DNA from: an uncultured delta proteobacterium
GTDB taxonomy: Bacteria > Desulfobacterota > Binatia > UBA9968
Direction: 5' to 3'
Assembly (NCBI GenBank): GCA_963760795.1
Contig: CAVXEP010000034.1
Location: forward strand, 1-64,000
DNA length: 64,000 nt
The translations under genes and the position numbers were made by a program. Each line of letters begins with the position of its first letter. Positions within the stretch are counted from its first letter, which is position 1. Below, piece after piece: positions 39,964 to 50,983 of the stretch. Below the pieces are notes generated by a model. It had not been told where the DNA came from. It was given only the letters and a program-made list of their open reading frames with translations, and did not search any database.

Positions 39964-41073
39964 TTAGTTCGTCTGGAATAACTTCGAATACTGTTCCCAG
40001 GGTGCCGGGGCGAGGCGCGCTGTCTGCAAATTTTCCTCGACATGTTTCTGCTGTTTCATGCCGACTAGCGCCGTGGTGACGCCTGGCGTCGAGCGGACAA
40101 ATTGCAACGCGCGCTGAGCGTCAGTGTCGAGACCGGTAAAAGTCTCAGCTATGATCGGCGGCAGATCGTGGCTGAGCTGGCCTTGGAGGACCGAAGCGCT
40201 GCACATCACCGTGATGCCTAGATCCTGGGCGACTTCGAGCACGTTATGGCGATGGCCATGGGCCGGCTGATTGGCATTGGATAACGCTTCGCTCATGCCG
40301 AGATTGAGCGGCAGTTGAATGACTTTGAAATGATGATTCTTGCCGCCGGCTTTTTCGGCTAACTCGATGACACGAGTCAGGGACAGATAATCTCTAGCGT
40401 CGGCATCGTTGCGAAAGCAGTTCCAGGTCGCCATGCCGTACATGTGGATTTTGCCGCTATCGACGGCGCTTTCCAAAGCTTCGAATGCTTCGACAACCCG
40501 ATGCTCGAACACCTCGGTGCTCACTTTGCCGAGTTGGGTTTCCGGATTGTGCAGGTAGTAGATATCGATGGTTTCGACGTCGAGATTGCGCAAACTGGAG
40601 TCCAGTTGGTTGAGCAAATATTTCGGCGTCATGCAGTGGCAACCGCTGACGATGTCGGCGGAACTAGCAAGGCCGGTACTGATGAATGTCTTCTCGATGT
40701 ATTCGCGCGGATCCTTGGGTGGCGTGCCGTCGTAGGGGATGAAGCCGGCTTTGCTGGCGACGACGATTTCGTCGCGATTGTAACCGCGGCTGGACAACTC
40801 TTTTAGCGCCGTGCCAATGGACCGTTCGCTGCGCTGGAGGCGGTAATTGATGGCGCTGTCGACGACGTTGCAACCGGCGCCGACCGCCGTGACCACCGCC
40901 TGGTGATATTCTTGGTCGGTGGCGTCGTCATAGTTGCCGAGATAGGTTCCCAGGCCGATGGACGAAAGCCAGAGTTTTTGTGACTGGCGAAAATGCGCCT
41001 CGGGTAACTTGCCGGCGAAACGCTTGCGGTAGCGGTCGGTGCCGTCGAGAGTCGCAGATCCGGGGAGTTTCAT
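39964..41073 (-). CDS. Aldo/keto reductase
   Basis: SSIGLGTY, DSAINYR, SK.G, SLRNL..ETIDIYYLHNP, GKI..YG. Confidence 0.9.
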   Translation of the reverse strand: MKLPGSATLDGTDRYRKRFAGKLPEAHFRQSQKLWLSSIGLGTYLGNYDDATDQEYHQAVVTAVGAGCNVVDSAINYRLQRSERSIGTALKELSSRGYNRDEIVVASKAGFIPYDGTPPKDPREYIEKTFISTGLASSADIVSGCHCMTPKYLLNQLDSSLRNLDVETIDIYYLHNPETQLGKVSTEVFEHRVVEAFEALESAVDSGKIHMYGMATWNCFRNDADARDYLSLTRVIELAEKAGGKNHHFKVIQLPLNLGMSEALSNANQPAHGHRHNVLEVAQDLGITVMCSASVLQGQLSHDLPPIIAETFTGLDTDAQRALQFVRSTPGVTTALVGMKQQKHVEENLQTARLAPAPWEQYSKLFQTN

Positions 41074-41552
41074 TTTGTGTTTTTCCCTTTCGTGCCGCCG
41101 CCGCGAAATAGTAAGCCGTCGAGACCGAGGGTGCGGCCGGGACCGGCCAGGACGAAAATCGCCAACGCGATGATGAAGGTCTGTTGTTGGGCCAACATCG
41201 CGCCGCCGCGTGCTGTGCCAGGGCCGAGATAATAGTTGGAGAGCATGAACAGCCCGACCAACGCGCTCAAGCGGGTGAACAATCCCAATAGCAGGCAGAC
41301 TCCCACGGCGATCTCACCGACCATGACTAGATAGCCGAATAGTTCGCTATGCGGTACCACGTAGTTTTGCAAGAAAGTTTTGTACCAAGGGTAAAGATCG
41401 AGACTGGCGATGTCGCCGATCTGCCGGCCGATCCAATCGCCCTTGGGAAAGTTGCGGTGAAATTTTCCGATCCCCTGAAAGAACAGATAGTAACCGACGT
41501 AGATGCGTAGGACGGAGAGATACCAGAGGTAAGTTCGTTCTTTGAGATTCAT
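41070..41552 (-). CDS. DoxX family membrane protein
   Basis: LRIYVG..F..GIGK, GEIAVG.CLLLGLFTR, GPGRTLGLD. Confidence 0.87.
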   Translation of the reverse strand: MNLKERTYLWYLSVLRIYVGYYLFFQGIGKFHRNFPKGDWIGRQIGDIASLDLYPWYKTFLQNYVVPHSELFGYLVMVGEIAVGVCLLLGLFTRLSALVGLFMLSNYYLGPGTARGGAMLAQQQTFIIALAIFVLAGPGRTLGLDGLLFRGGGTKGKNTK

Positions 41553-41800
41553 CGCGTCCCTTCAAACTCAATCTTGAGCCTTGTAGGCAGGGAAACTTCG
41601 CCGTCACGCGCAGTCCGCGCAGCTCACGATTGAGTGGGGCTAAGATAGCGTCGATGGCAAAGTGGATCAAGGCGGGAGATTGCCGCGCTGACATCCAAAT
41701 TTGGTGGAATCTGGTAAAGTTGATTTGACGGGAAAGCTTCGCGGCTATTGTGAATTGTCGCCGCTCATCCACGATGTTTCGCATGCGGGGAGGTCCGTCG

Positions 41801-43865
41801 ATGGTAAAACAACAGCGTAGATCAACGGCTCACTTAACCATATTGCTGCTCGGAACGTGGCTTTCCTTACCAGCGTCAGTCGACGCGCAAAACGCACCCG
41901 GACTCAAAGCGGAGATTAAAGGGATAAAGCTCAGCGCCGACCGTCGGCTCGTAGTTACGTTGAAGCTTAGCGACGGCCAAGGAAAGTCGGTGGAGCTGAC
42001 TGAGCTTGAACGCAACAGCATCAAATTCACCCTCGCGTCGATCAAAGAAGAAAAAAACGGCGCGACCAGCTACCACAATTACATTCTCACCAAAGTGAGT
42101 GGCAAAGAGTACGTCTTCAATGGCGAAGACTAAAAAACCCGCGCTCGTCGAAACGCTTCAGCCTGACTACGATCAAGGCGGCACACTCAAACAAGTTCGC
42201 CCCGGCGTACTCACCTATAATTTCAAAACGCCTTTACCGGTGAACTATGACCGCAGCGCCACTCATGTCGTCGTCGGCGAGATTAGCCGTGAGAACGGTA
42301 AATTCGTCGCCAATCCAATTTTTGAATTCGTCCCTAGCGGTGCAAAAGTTAAAGTTCAACGCGCGGTCGTCGAGACCGCTAGCTGCAACACCTGCCATGA
42401 TCCGCTCAAAGCTCATGGCGGCACAGCGCCGCGACGTGGGCGCTTGTGCGCTTTGCCACACCTCACAGTTAACTGATCCGGAAAGCGGCGAGAGTCTCGA
42501 CTTCAAAGTTTTCGTCCATAAAATTCACCGCGGCAAACTCTTACCCAGCGTGATAGAGGGCAAGCCTTTCTTCACGATTTCGCTGAATCAGCGGGTCAGA
42601 GATTTTTCGAAGATTATAATACCCCCAGGCCATGCTTCGGACGGCAGCTATTAAGGAACTGAGAAACTGCCAGGCCTGCCACGCCAACCCACAGAAAGAT
42701 TACTGGAAAACCAGTTGCCGAGTCGATCGCCGTCTGTACGTCCTGTCACAACAATGTCGATCTCGTCACCGGCAAAAATCATTCCACCAGACTCGGCGCC
42801 TTGCCCGACGGTACCTGCGTCGGTTGCCACCAACCTGAAGGCCCGGAGTTCGGACCGTCGGTGGTGGGGGCGCACACCGCTCCGGGGTTCTCCGCGCAAC
42901 TACCCGGCTTGGTCTTCGAGATTTGAAGATCGATGGCGGCAAGCCCGGCGAGAACCCAACCGTGGCGACCTTCAGCATAAGGACCAAAAAGGGCGAACCA
43001 TTGGATGCCGGCAAGATGGAGCAATCTGAGATTGGTCGTCGCATGGCCAACGTCAGACTATAAAGTCGATGTCGATGAAGACGTGCGGAAGGCTCGAACC
43101 CGCGGGCAACGGAGTTCACACATACAAATTCCTTTACATGATTCCTCCCGACGCCTCCGGTTCCGGCGCCATCGGTATTCAAGGGGTTCGGCGAATACGA
43201 TTTGCGGAAGTCCAACGGCGACGTCGATCAAGGGGCAGCGGGACGTCGGGGACAACATGGTTCGATATTTCCCGATCACCGACAAGGACGCCGAGCCGCG
43301 TCGACAAGCGGTCAAGGTAGAAAACTGCAATGTCTGCCACCTGAAGCTAGCGACCCACGGCGAAGCGCGGCGCAAGACAGAGTACTGCGTCATGTGCCAC
43401 AACGCAGCGCAGACGGACCAAGACAAGCGCAAAGTCGCCAACGGGCCGATGCCGCCGGAAAACGATTCACTACAAACGGCTGATTCATCGGATTCACACC
43501 GGCGCGGCGGCGGACGAGTCCTTAATCATCTATGGCGGCCCCCCGGTCAAACCCGGTCCCGATCGAAATGGGCGATGTCCGTTTTCCCGGCGACCTGCGC
43601 AATTGCGTCAAATGCCATGTGCCGGGTGCCAACCAGCCACCTTTACCGGTTGGCCTGTTACCAACTTTGATTCCGCAAACAGATGGCGGCGTCAAAGCGA
43701 TCCAACCGATCACTAGCGCCTGCATTTCGTGTCACACCAAAGAGCCGGCGAAAGATTCACATGGACACTATGACGACGACAAACGGCCAAGAAGCCTGCG
43801 TGGTGTGCCATGGCAGCGGTAGAGAGTTTGCCGTTGATAAGGTGCACCGCAAGGGCAGGGAGTGA
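41801..43865 (+). CDS. Decaheme c-type cytochrome, OmcA/MtrC-like (many frameshifts; may be a pseudogene)
   Basis: GGGGAGG RBS, signal peptide. Ten CxxCH motifs at 42384, 42445, 42668, 42735, 42816, 43326, 43386, 43604, 43721 and 43797 in two groups of five; HGG..R, HKIH/HRIH and RRQAV motifs. Confidence 0.82.
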
Positions 43866-43949
43866 AGCATTGAGAATGGAGAATAGCGAGGTGAGTTTGA
43901 TCGGCAAAGCTTACGCTGATGGTAAGCGCCGGCCACGGATTAAGGATTT

Positions 43950-44717
43950 CTAGAACGCGTCTTTCATTTTTCGCACCGCGGCGAAAATCGATACCGGGTC
44001 GGCGCGGTTGCCGGAAGCGGCGGCTTTCACGCTGGCTTGGATCTCTTTGCTATCCCAGCGCAAAAACGGATTGGTCAGCTTTTCCTCTTCCATGGTCGAC
44101 GGCACCGTCGACGTGCCGCGCGCGCGCAGTCCTTGGACGCGCTCGTAACGCGCCGCCACCTTTGGATTGTTCCCCTCCACCGTCATGGCGAAGCGCAGAT
44201 TGCTTTCGGTATATTCATGGCCGCAATACACTTGGGTGTTGTCGGGGAGCGACATGAGTTTTATCAGGGAGCTGTGCATCTGCTCAGGAGTGCCTTCGAA
44301 GAGCCGGCCGCAACCCGCGGTGAACAGGGTGTCGCCGCAAAATAGATTATTTTCAAAAAGATAGGCGACATGACCGGTGGTGTGGCCGGGGATGAAGAAA
44401 ACGCTTCCCTTGAGCTCGCCGATCTGGATCGTGGCGCCTTCGTCGACGCCGTCGCTCATGCCATAAATTCGCTCCTGATCGCTTTTGTGGCCGTAAACTT
44501 TTAGCTTGTGGATCGCCAGCAGGCCTTGGTTGCCGCCAGTGTGGTCGCGATGATGGTGCGTGTTCAGGATCGCCACCGGCTCAACTCGTTCTTGTTCGAT
44601 GCGGCGCAAAACCGGGTCGGCTTCCGACGGGTCGACGATGGCGGCTTGCTTGGTTTTCTCACAGACGACTAGATAGCCGTAGTTGTCACGCAGAAGCGGA
44701 ATTTGATGTATCTTCAT
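43950..44717 (-). CDS. gloB: Hydroxyacylglutathione hydrolase (glyoxalase II)
   Basis: DNYGY, THHHRDH, PGHT.GH, FCGDTLFTAGCGRLFEG, CGHEYT, NPFLR. Confidence 0.95.
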   Translation of the reverse strand: MKIHQIPLLRDNYGYLVVCEKTKQAAIVDPSEADPVLRRIEQERVEPVAILNTHHHRDHTGGNQGLLAIHKLKVYGHKSDQERIYGMSDGVDEGATIQIGELKGSVFFIPGHTTGHVAYLFENNLFCGDTLFTAGCGRLFEGTPEQMHSSLIKLMSLPDNTQVYCGHEYTESNLRFAMTVEGNNPKVAARYERVQGLRARGTSTVPSTMEEEKLTNPFLRWDSKEIQASVKAAASGNRADPVSIFAAVRKMKDAF

Positions 44718-44926
44718 TAGTTTTCCTAAAAAGTGAGCACGAGCGGGGAAGGCTTTTTTATAAGGTTTAGTCGGAATTTGAGCTCTTTTCAAACCCCCTG
44801 TGTCCTCTTGTCTTTGTCCGGCGCTAATCGAGCCCAGATCGACACAAATGTTTCGTCAAAGTAACTGATGTTCAAAATAGTCTGATCCGAACCACTCTGG
44901 TTTGCTCAAGTCGTTTCCAATCTCGC

Positions 44927-44980
44927 TAACCCGTTGAATTATAACGGCTGACAATCGCTCCGGCTGGCATATGTTTCGCT
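44927..44980 (+). promoter_or_regulatory. Putative sigma54 promoter with upstream IHF-like site
   Basis: TGGCATATGTTTCGCT (GG 44966-67, N10, GC 44978-79). TAACCCGTTGAAT at 44927 is close to the IHF consensus. Confidence 0.5.
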
Positions 44981-45120
44981 TTTATAGCGAACCTGGATCA
45001 TTCCGAGCAGTTGCTCTGATTGAGCGCTTTGTGGGCGGGTGTTGCCAACTCTCTGGGCAAACCACAACCAGGACCGATAAATAGTTTTGTCCAGTTACCC
45101 AATGGAAGGGATGTTCAACT

Positions 45121-45579
45121 ATGAATGTTGCAGCTTCACCAAAGGTCATCGAGGTCTTGTTGGTTGAGGATAATATCGGCGACGTGCGGCTTACTCAGGA
45201 GGCACTTAAAGAGGGCCGTTTGCTGGTGAATCTCACGGTCGCCAGAGACGGCATCGAAGCGATGGATGTATTGCAACAAAAAAACTCTTATGCCGGCGCG
45301 ATCCGCCCTGATCTGGTCTTGCTCGATCTCAATCTGCCGCGCAAAGACGGCCGCGAAGTGCTGCGGGAAATAAAAGCCGATCCCGCGCTCAAAACCATTC
45401 CCGTAGTCATTCTCACCACTTCCGAGGCGGAGGCCGATATCAGGGTCACTTACGGCGCCCATGCGAATTGTTACATCACTAAACCCGTCGACATGGACCG
45501 TTTTTTCGAGATCGTCAAGATGCTCGAAGAGTTTTGGTTCACGATCGTCAAATTACCCGATCATGAGCGCGCCTTGTGA
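45121..45579 (+). CDS. Single-domain response regulator, Rcp1-like
   Basis: LLVEDN.GD, PDLVLLDLNLPRKDG, LTTS...DI, HANCYITKPVD, FWFTIVKLP. Confidence 0.93.
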   Translation: MNVAASPKVIEVLLVEDNIGDVRLTQEALKEGRLLVNLTVARDGIEAMDVLQQKNSYAGAIRPDLVLLDLNLPRKDGREVLREIKADPALKTIPVVILTTSEAEADIRVTYGAHANCYITKPVDMDRFFEIVKMLEEFWFTIVKLPDHERAL

Positions 45580-45692
45580 TGAGCGCTCTACGTTATTGCA
45601 CGGATACGATGCCGAGCATCGACGCTCACTTACACGCTTTCGAAACTCTTCGGCGAATCCGATTCCGCGTATTGGAAAGATAGGGGTTGAAA

Positions 45693-47778
45693 ATGGACGA
45701 TAGGTTGTCAACACCGGTTTCTCTTGCCGCACGCATCAGGAGTCTCTCGAGTTTCCTACCATCAGGCGGTTCGCTGCCGGAGGAGGTGTGGTCCGCGCGC
45801 CATCGTTTTCTTGTCGGGCTTACTTGGCTTCATGCTTTGGTGATTGCTCTCATTGGACCGATTTTTGGGTATAGCTGGGAGCTTAGCATTGGCGCCATTT
45901 TTCAGGATGACACGGTGCTCCACACCGTTGGAGAGGGGCTGATCGTGGCCCTCTTTGCCCTCCTGGGAGGTTGGCGCGTGGGTAGCCGGAAGCTTAGGGC
46001 GACTCTCGTCGGCTTTGGTTTGATGAGTTCGTCGGCGATATTCGTGCATCTCTCGGGTGGCTACATCGAGTTCCACTTTCATTTCTTCGTCATGCTAGTC
46101 TTCATCGCGCTTTACCAAGACTGGGTTCCTTACCTGCTCTCGGTCGTCTATGTAGCCCTCCATCACGGCGTGGTGGGAGTCCTGTGGCCTGAAGGAGTGT
46201 ATAACCACCCCGCGGCTATAAATGCCCCTTGGACTTGGGCCGGGATCCACGCATTTTTTGTGCTCTGGTCTTGCGTTGGCAGCGCTATCGCCTGGCGCTT
46301 CAATGAGATCGCCTTCGCACGGACTAAGCTGATTCTCGACTGTGCTGGAGAAGGCATCTTCGGTTTGGACCAGGAAGGGAAGGTCACCTTCATCAACCCG
46401 GCAGCGGAAAGTATGCTCCGCCTCGGTCCGAGCGCCAGCATCGGCAAACACCTGGGCCAGATCCTTCGGCACAACAGCGCTGATAGCGCCGACATTGCGG
46501 CGGAAGCGGACCCGATTCTGGCGCCGCTCAGAGATGGAAATTCTCGTACCAGCAGCGACGAGTTCTTTTGGCGCAATGATGGCACATAGCTTCCCGGTCG
46601 ATTACACCAGCACCGCTATGATCGAACGCGAGGAGCTGACCGGCGTGGTGACAACCTTTAGAGATGTCACCGAGCGCCATCGTAGGGAGCGGGACCTGCA
46701 ATTTAGCGAGGCGAAATTTCGCGCTTTGGCTGAGACCGCAAACGACGCGATCATTTCCGCCGACGGTGAGGGAAACATCATCTATTTCAACAAAGCGGCC
46801 GAACGGGCATTCGGGTATACGGAGACCGACGTTGCCGGAAAGCCGATAACTCTGCTGATGCCGAGGCGGTCTCAGGAGGCGTGCCGGCACGGGCTCAAAC
46901 GGTTTCTCTCTTCAGGCAAGTCCAGCGTGATCGGCAAGACCGTGGATTTGACCGCAATGCGAAAGGATGGAAGTGAGTTTGCCATCGAGATGTCGCTCGC
47001 GAGCTGGAAAGCAAATCGGCAAACGTTCTTTACATCAATTATCCGCGACGTTACGGAGCGCAAACAAGCGCAGGATGCCTTGACCAAGAAAGCAGCGGAG
47101 CTGGCGTTCTCAAACAAAGAGCTAGAGCAGTTTGCCTATGTGGCCTCCCATGATCTTCAGGAGCCGCTCAGGATGGTGGCGAGCTACACCACACTCTTAG
47201 CGAAACGCTACAAAGGAAAGCTCGACACGGATGCCGACGAATTCATCGGCTTCGCGGTGGATGGCGCCAAACGGATGCAAGGATTGATTCAGGACCTGCT
47301 CGCCTATTCGCGCGTCGGAACGAGAGGAAAGGATCTGGCACCGACGGATTGCGAAGCTGTTTTAGCCAATAGTTTGCAGGTTCTTCAGTTTGCGATTCAA
47401 GATGCATCTGCGACAGTCACCCATGATAAATTGCCCACCATGGTGGCTGATGAAACGCAACTCGGCCAATTGTTCCAAAACCTAATCGGCAACGCACTCA
47501 AATATCGTAATAGCAAGGCGCCGGTGATTCATTTCGGCGCCCGGCGCGACCGCGAGTCGTGGATTTTCTCGGTGCATGACAACGGTATCGGCATCGACTT
47601 GCAATACGCCGAGAGAATTTTTGTTATCTTTCAGCGTCTGCACACTCGAGAAGAATATCCCGGCACCGGTATCGGTTTAGCAGTGTGTAAGAAAATCGTC
47701 GAGCGCCATGGCGGCAAGATTTGGCTCGATTCGGAGTTGGGCAAGGGATCGACATTTTATTTTTCAATTCCGATGTAA
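45693..47778 (+). CDS. Membrane sensor-PAS-PAS histidine kinase (frameshift near 46585)
   Basis: Multi-TM N-terminus (IEFHFHFF, YQDW, LHH), two PAS domains, LEQFAYVASHDLQEPLR, QNLIGNALKY, DNGIG, GTGIGL. Confidence 0.88.
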
Positions 47779-47793
47779 TGGAGACATTGCAGC

Positions 47794-49449
47794 ATGGAAT
47801 CAGCCAAGAAAGTGCTATTAGTCGAAGACAACCCGGGCGACGCGCGCCTGCTCAAAGAAGCATTGATCGAGGTTCAACCGGCGCCGTTTGCTTTGGTCCA
47901 TGTCGACCGGTTCATCGCCGCCATCGAGTCGCTCAAACGCGAAACCTTTAGCGCGGTGTTGTTGGATCTCAGCTTACCCGACGCCAAGGGCCTGGACACG
48001 ATGGTGCGCATGCAGCGCGAAGCCGATGCCGTGCCGATCGTCGTGCTCACCGGCTTGGATGACGATTCGACGGCTTTGGAGGCCATGCGCGCCGGTGCTC
48101 AGGATTACCTGATCAAAGGGGAGATCGACGGCAAGCTACTGGTGCGCTCCTTGAGCTACGCGATAGAACGCAAACGGCTTCAGGAGACCACCGTGAAGCA
48201 GCTCAACCATATCGTCGTTCTCAAAGACATCAACGCCGCGCTGACCTCGACATTGGAGCTGTCTGAAGTCTTGGACACACTGCTGGAAAAGGTCACGGGT
48301 GTCATGCCGCAAGTCGCCGCCACGATTCGTTTGCGCGACAAAGAAAGCGGGCTATTGGAGCCGGTGGCCTGCCGCAATATCGACGAACCCGCATGGAGAG
48401 CCGCGATGCTACGCTGGCAGAGTAGCGGTATCATGTCCGACGCCGAGATGGCGCAGAAAGGCTTGCTGCTGATTAACGATCTAGCCAATGATCCGAGGAC
48501 GGGCGATCCTGAATTCTGCCGGTTGCACGGTTTCACCGCCTACCTCAGCATTCCCTTCATGGTCAATGACCAAATGCTGGGATTGCTCGCTCTTTATGCC
48601 AGGGAGCAGTGCCCTTTTAGCGACGATGAGTTCCAGTTTCTCAGCGCGCTTGCCGGTCAGGCGTCCGTGGCAATCCACAATTCGCAGGCGCACGGCGAGA
48701 TCATCAAGCTCGCCAAGGATCTGGAGCGCGCCAATCACGTTAAAGACGAGTTTTTGGGCGTTATGTCGCATGAGTTGCGCACGCCGCTCAATGTTGCCCG
48801 CGGTTACTTGGAGATGTTGCAGAGCGGTTTCTTCGGCGAGGTTTGCGCCGAACAGCGTGGGCCGCTCGACAAGATCGCCGCCCAACATCGCGTGCAGCTG
48901 GGCATGGTCAATAACATCCTGAATGCAATTGCTATGGAGTCGGAAGTCGCCGCGGCGCATTATGAACTGGTCGTGCTCAGCGATTTTTTCGGTGAATTAC
49001 AAAACGTTTATCCCCAGCCATTGGACGGCAAAGTGGAATTTTGCTGGGATTGCCCGCACGACCTGCCGATGGTCAAAAGCGATAAGACCAAACTCCAGTA
49101 CATCATGCAGAATCTTATCAATAACGCCATCAAGTTCACGCCGGAAGGTTCGATCACGGTTTCGGCCAAAGTCGAGGGGCTCGATGGCCTCGCCGCGCCG
49201 CCGGCGGCGAAGTGCAACTTGGTGATGTCGGTGACCGATACCGGTGCCGGCATCGCCGACGAGTTTCAGTCGGTGATTTTTGAGAAGTTTAGCCAGGTCG
49301 ACAGTTCGAATACTCGGGTGCATGACGGTATCGGTTTGGGTCTGCATATCGTCAAGCGCTGTACGGCGTTGTTGCAAGGAAAGATCAAAGTCGAAAGCGA
49401 GCTCGGCAAAGGCACGGTTTTTACGGTGTGTGTGCCCTGTGAGGTTTGA
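47794..49449 (+). CDS. REC-GAF-histidine kinase
   Basis: N-terminal LLVEDNPGD/LLDLSLPD receiver, GAF, MSHELRTPL, NLINNAIKFT, DTGAG, GIGLGL. Confidence 0.92.
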   Translation: MESAKKVLLVEDNPGDARLLKEALIEVQPAPFALVHVDRFIAAIESLKRETFSAVLLDLSLPDAKGLDTMVRMQREADAVPIVVLTGLDDDSTALEAMRAGAQDYLIKGEIDGKLLVRSLSYAIERKRLQETTVKQLNHIVVLKDINAALTSTLELSEVLDTLLEKVTGVMPQVAATIRLRDKESGLLEPVACRNIDEPAWRAAMLRWQSSGIMSDAEMAQKGLLLINDLANDPRTGDPEFCRLHGFTAYLSIPFMVNDQMLGLLALYAREQCPFSDDEFQFLSALAGQASVAIHNSQAHGEIIKLAKDLERANHVKDEFLGVMSHELRTPLNVARGYLEMLQSGFFGEVCAEQRGPLDKIAAQHRVQLGMVNNILNAIAMESEVAAAHYELVVLSDFFGELQNVYPQPLDGKVEFCWDCPHDLPMVKSDKTKLQYIMQNLINNAIKFTPEGSITVSAKVEGLDGLAAPPAAKCNLVMSVTDTGAGIADEFQSVIFEKFSQVDSSNTRVHDGIGLGLHIVKRCTALLQGKIKVESELGKGTVFTVCVPCEV

Positions 49450-49485
49450 GGCAAGAATGACGGACAGGATCGCAATGGGAACACG

Positions 49486-49592
49486 TGATGCAACGGATTA
49501 TCAAGGACGCGCTGCCGCAACCGGCGAGGCGCGTCGGCATCAGCCAGCCAGGTTGGCAAAGGCTTGACCTTCCGCATCAGATTTCCCTGCGC
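49486..49592 (+). pseudogene. Remnant of a HATPase_c C-terminus
   Basis: Fragments VMQRIIKD and SQVGKGLTFRIRFP resemble kinase C-terminal strands; no intact ORF. Confidence 0.3.
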
Positions 49593-49679
49593 CCTCATGA
49601 CGGAATACCCAGGCGCCAAGAGCTCGACTGACAAATCCACTTGACCCCGCGCGCTTAGGTTCTCTATAGTGCCGGCATT

Positions 49680-50858
49680 ATGATACGCGCCGGAGTCGGA
49701 CAATCGAGTAACTCTTCTACTGCACAAGCGGTTAGCGAAGCGGCCCAGCAAGCGATGGCGCAGGCGGGCATCGGCCGGGCCGACGGTGGAATAATATTTT
49801 TCACCGCCGATCACGCGGCTCATGGCCAAGAACTTGTCGCCACCCTTGCGCGGGTCATCGACACCGATTGCGTCACGGGATCGAGCGGCGCCGGAGTCTT
49901 GACCGGCGCCGGCGAGATCGAAGGCGACCATGGCGTTGCCGTGATGGTGTTTGCCACCGATCGTTTTTTTGCCCGGCCATTTATCTTCGAACCGCTGCGC
50001 GGCAATGAAGCGAAGCTAGGCGAAACCTTTGGCGGCTTTCTCGCCAAGGCGCAGGATGAAAAATCGCTGATGCTGCTGTTTCCCGACACCTACAACGGTA
50101 ACGCGCAAGAACTTTTGCAGGCGATCGAGGCACGCGCCGGGTTTCATCCAATCGCCGGCGCCGGCGCTTCTGAGAACGGCGCAGCTGGGGCAACCTATCA
50201 GCTATGCGGCGACAAGCTTGGCACCAATGCGCTAGCCGGTATGTATATTTCCGGCGCCCTCGAGACCCACATCGACATCACTCAAGGCTGCCAGCCGATC
50301 ACCCAGCCGATGACCATCACCAAGGCGAAAAACAATTTGATCCTTGAGATCGACAATCAGCCGGCGTTGGCCGTGTTCGCCAAGCTGCTCAAGGGGCCGT
50401 TGGCCGAAGATCTGCGGCGCGCGTTGACGGTCATATTCGTCGGCTTGCCGGCGGATCGCAGCGAAAACAGCGTTGCCCCGGGAAAATATCTGGTGCGAAA
50501 TATTATCGGCTTGGATCCGGACGCGGGCATCGTCGCGGTGGCCGACCAAGTGAGTGAAGGACAGTCGATGATTTTCACCATGCGCGACGGCCAGCGCGCC
50601 CGCGACGACTTGCAAGAGATGTTACAGCGCCAATCAGCGCGCTTGAACGGCAAAAAGCCCGCCTTCGGTTGCTACTTCAACTGCTGTGCCCGCGGCAGCT
50701 CGCTGTACGGCATCTCCGGCATCGACGCCGCTTACATCAAACAGGTGTTAGGCGACTTCCCGTTGATCGGCATGTTCGGTGGTTACGAGCTTGCGCCGCT
50801 AGGGCGGGCCAATCACCTATTCGCTTACACTGGGGTGCTCGTTTTGGTGACGGAATAA
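49680..50858 (+). CDS. Stand-alone FIST (NosP-like) domain protein
   Basis: GSSGAGVL..GEIE, GAGAS, TQGCQPI, N.ILEIDNQPA, YLVRNIIGLD, FNCCARG, GMFGGYE. Confidence 0.88.
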   Translation: MIRAGVGQSSNSSTAQAVSEAAQQAMAQAGIGRADGGIIFFTADHAAHGQELVATLARVIDTDCVTGSSGAGVLTGAGEIEGDHGVAVMVFATDRFFARPFIFEPLRGNEAKLGETFGGFLAKAQDEKSLMLLFPDTYNGNAQELLQAIEARAGFHPIAGAGASENGAAGATYQLCGDKLGTNALAGMYISGALETHIDITQGCQPITQPMTITKAKNNLILEIDNQPALAVFAKLLKGPLAEDLRRALTVIFVGLPADRSENSVAPGKYLVRNIIGLDPDAGIVAVADQVSEGQSMIFTMRDGQRARDDLQEMLQRQSARLNGKKPAFGCYFNCCARGSSLYGISGIDAAYIKQVLGDFPLIGMFGGYELAPLGRANHLFAYTGVLVLVTE

Positions 50859-50865
50859 TGACTCC

Positions 50866-50893
50866 GTTCAAGGTTCAAGCGTTCAAGGTTCAA
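50866..50893. repeat. GTTCAA x4 intergenic array
   Basis: GTTCAA at 50866, 50873, 50881 and 50888. Confidence 0.6.
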
Positions 50894-50983
50894 TGACAGA
50901 GGGGCTGCGATTGCAGCTCTCAACTCGTTAGCGGTTTGGAATTTGCTGTCTGAAATTTGCGATTCGATAATCGCGCTTCGCGA

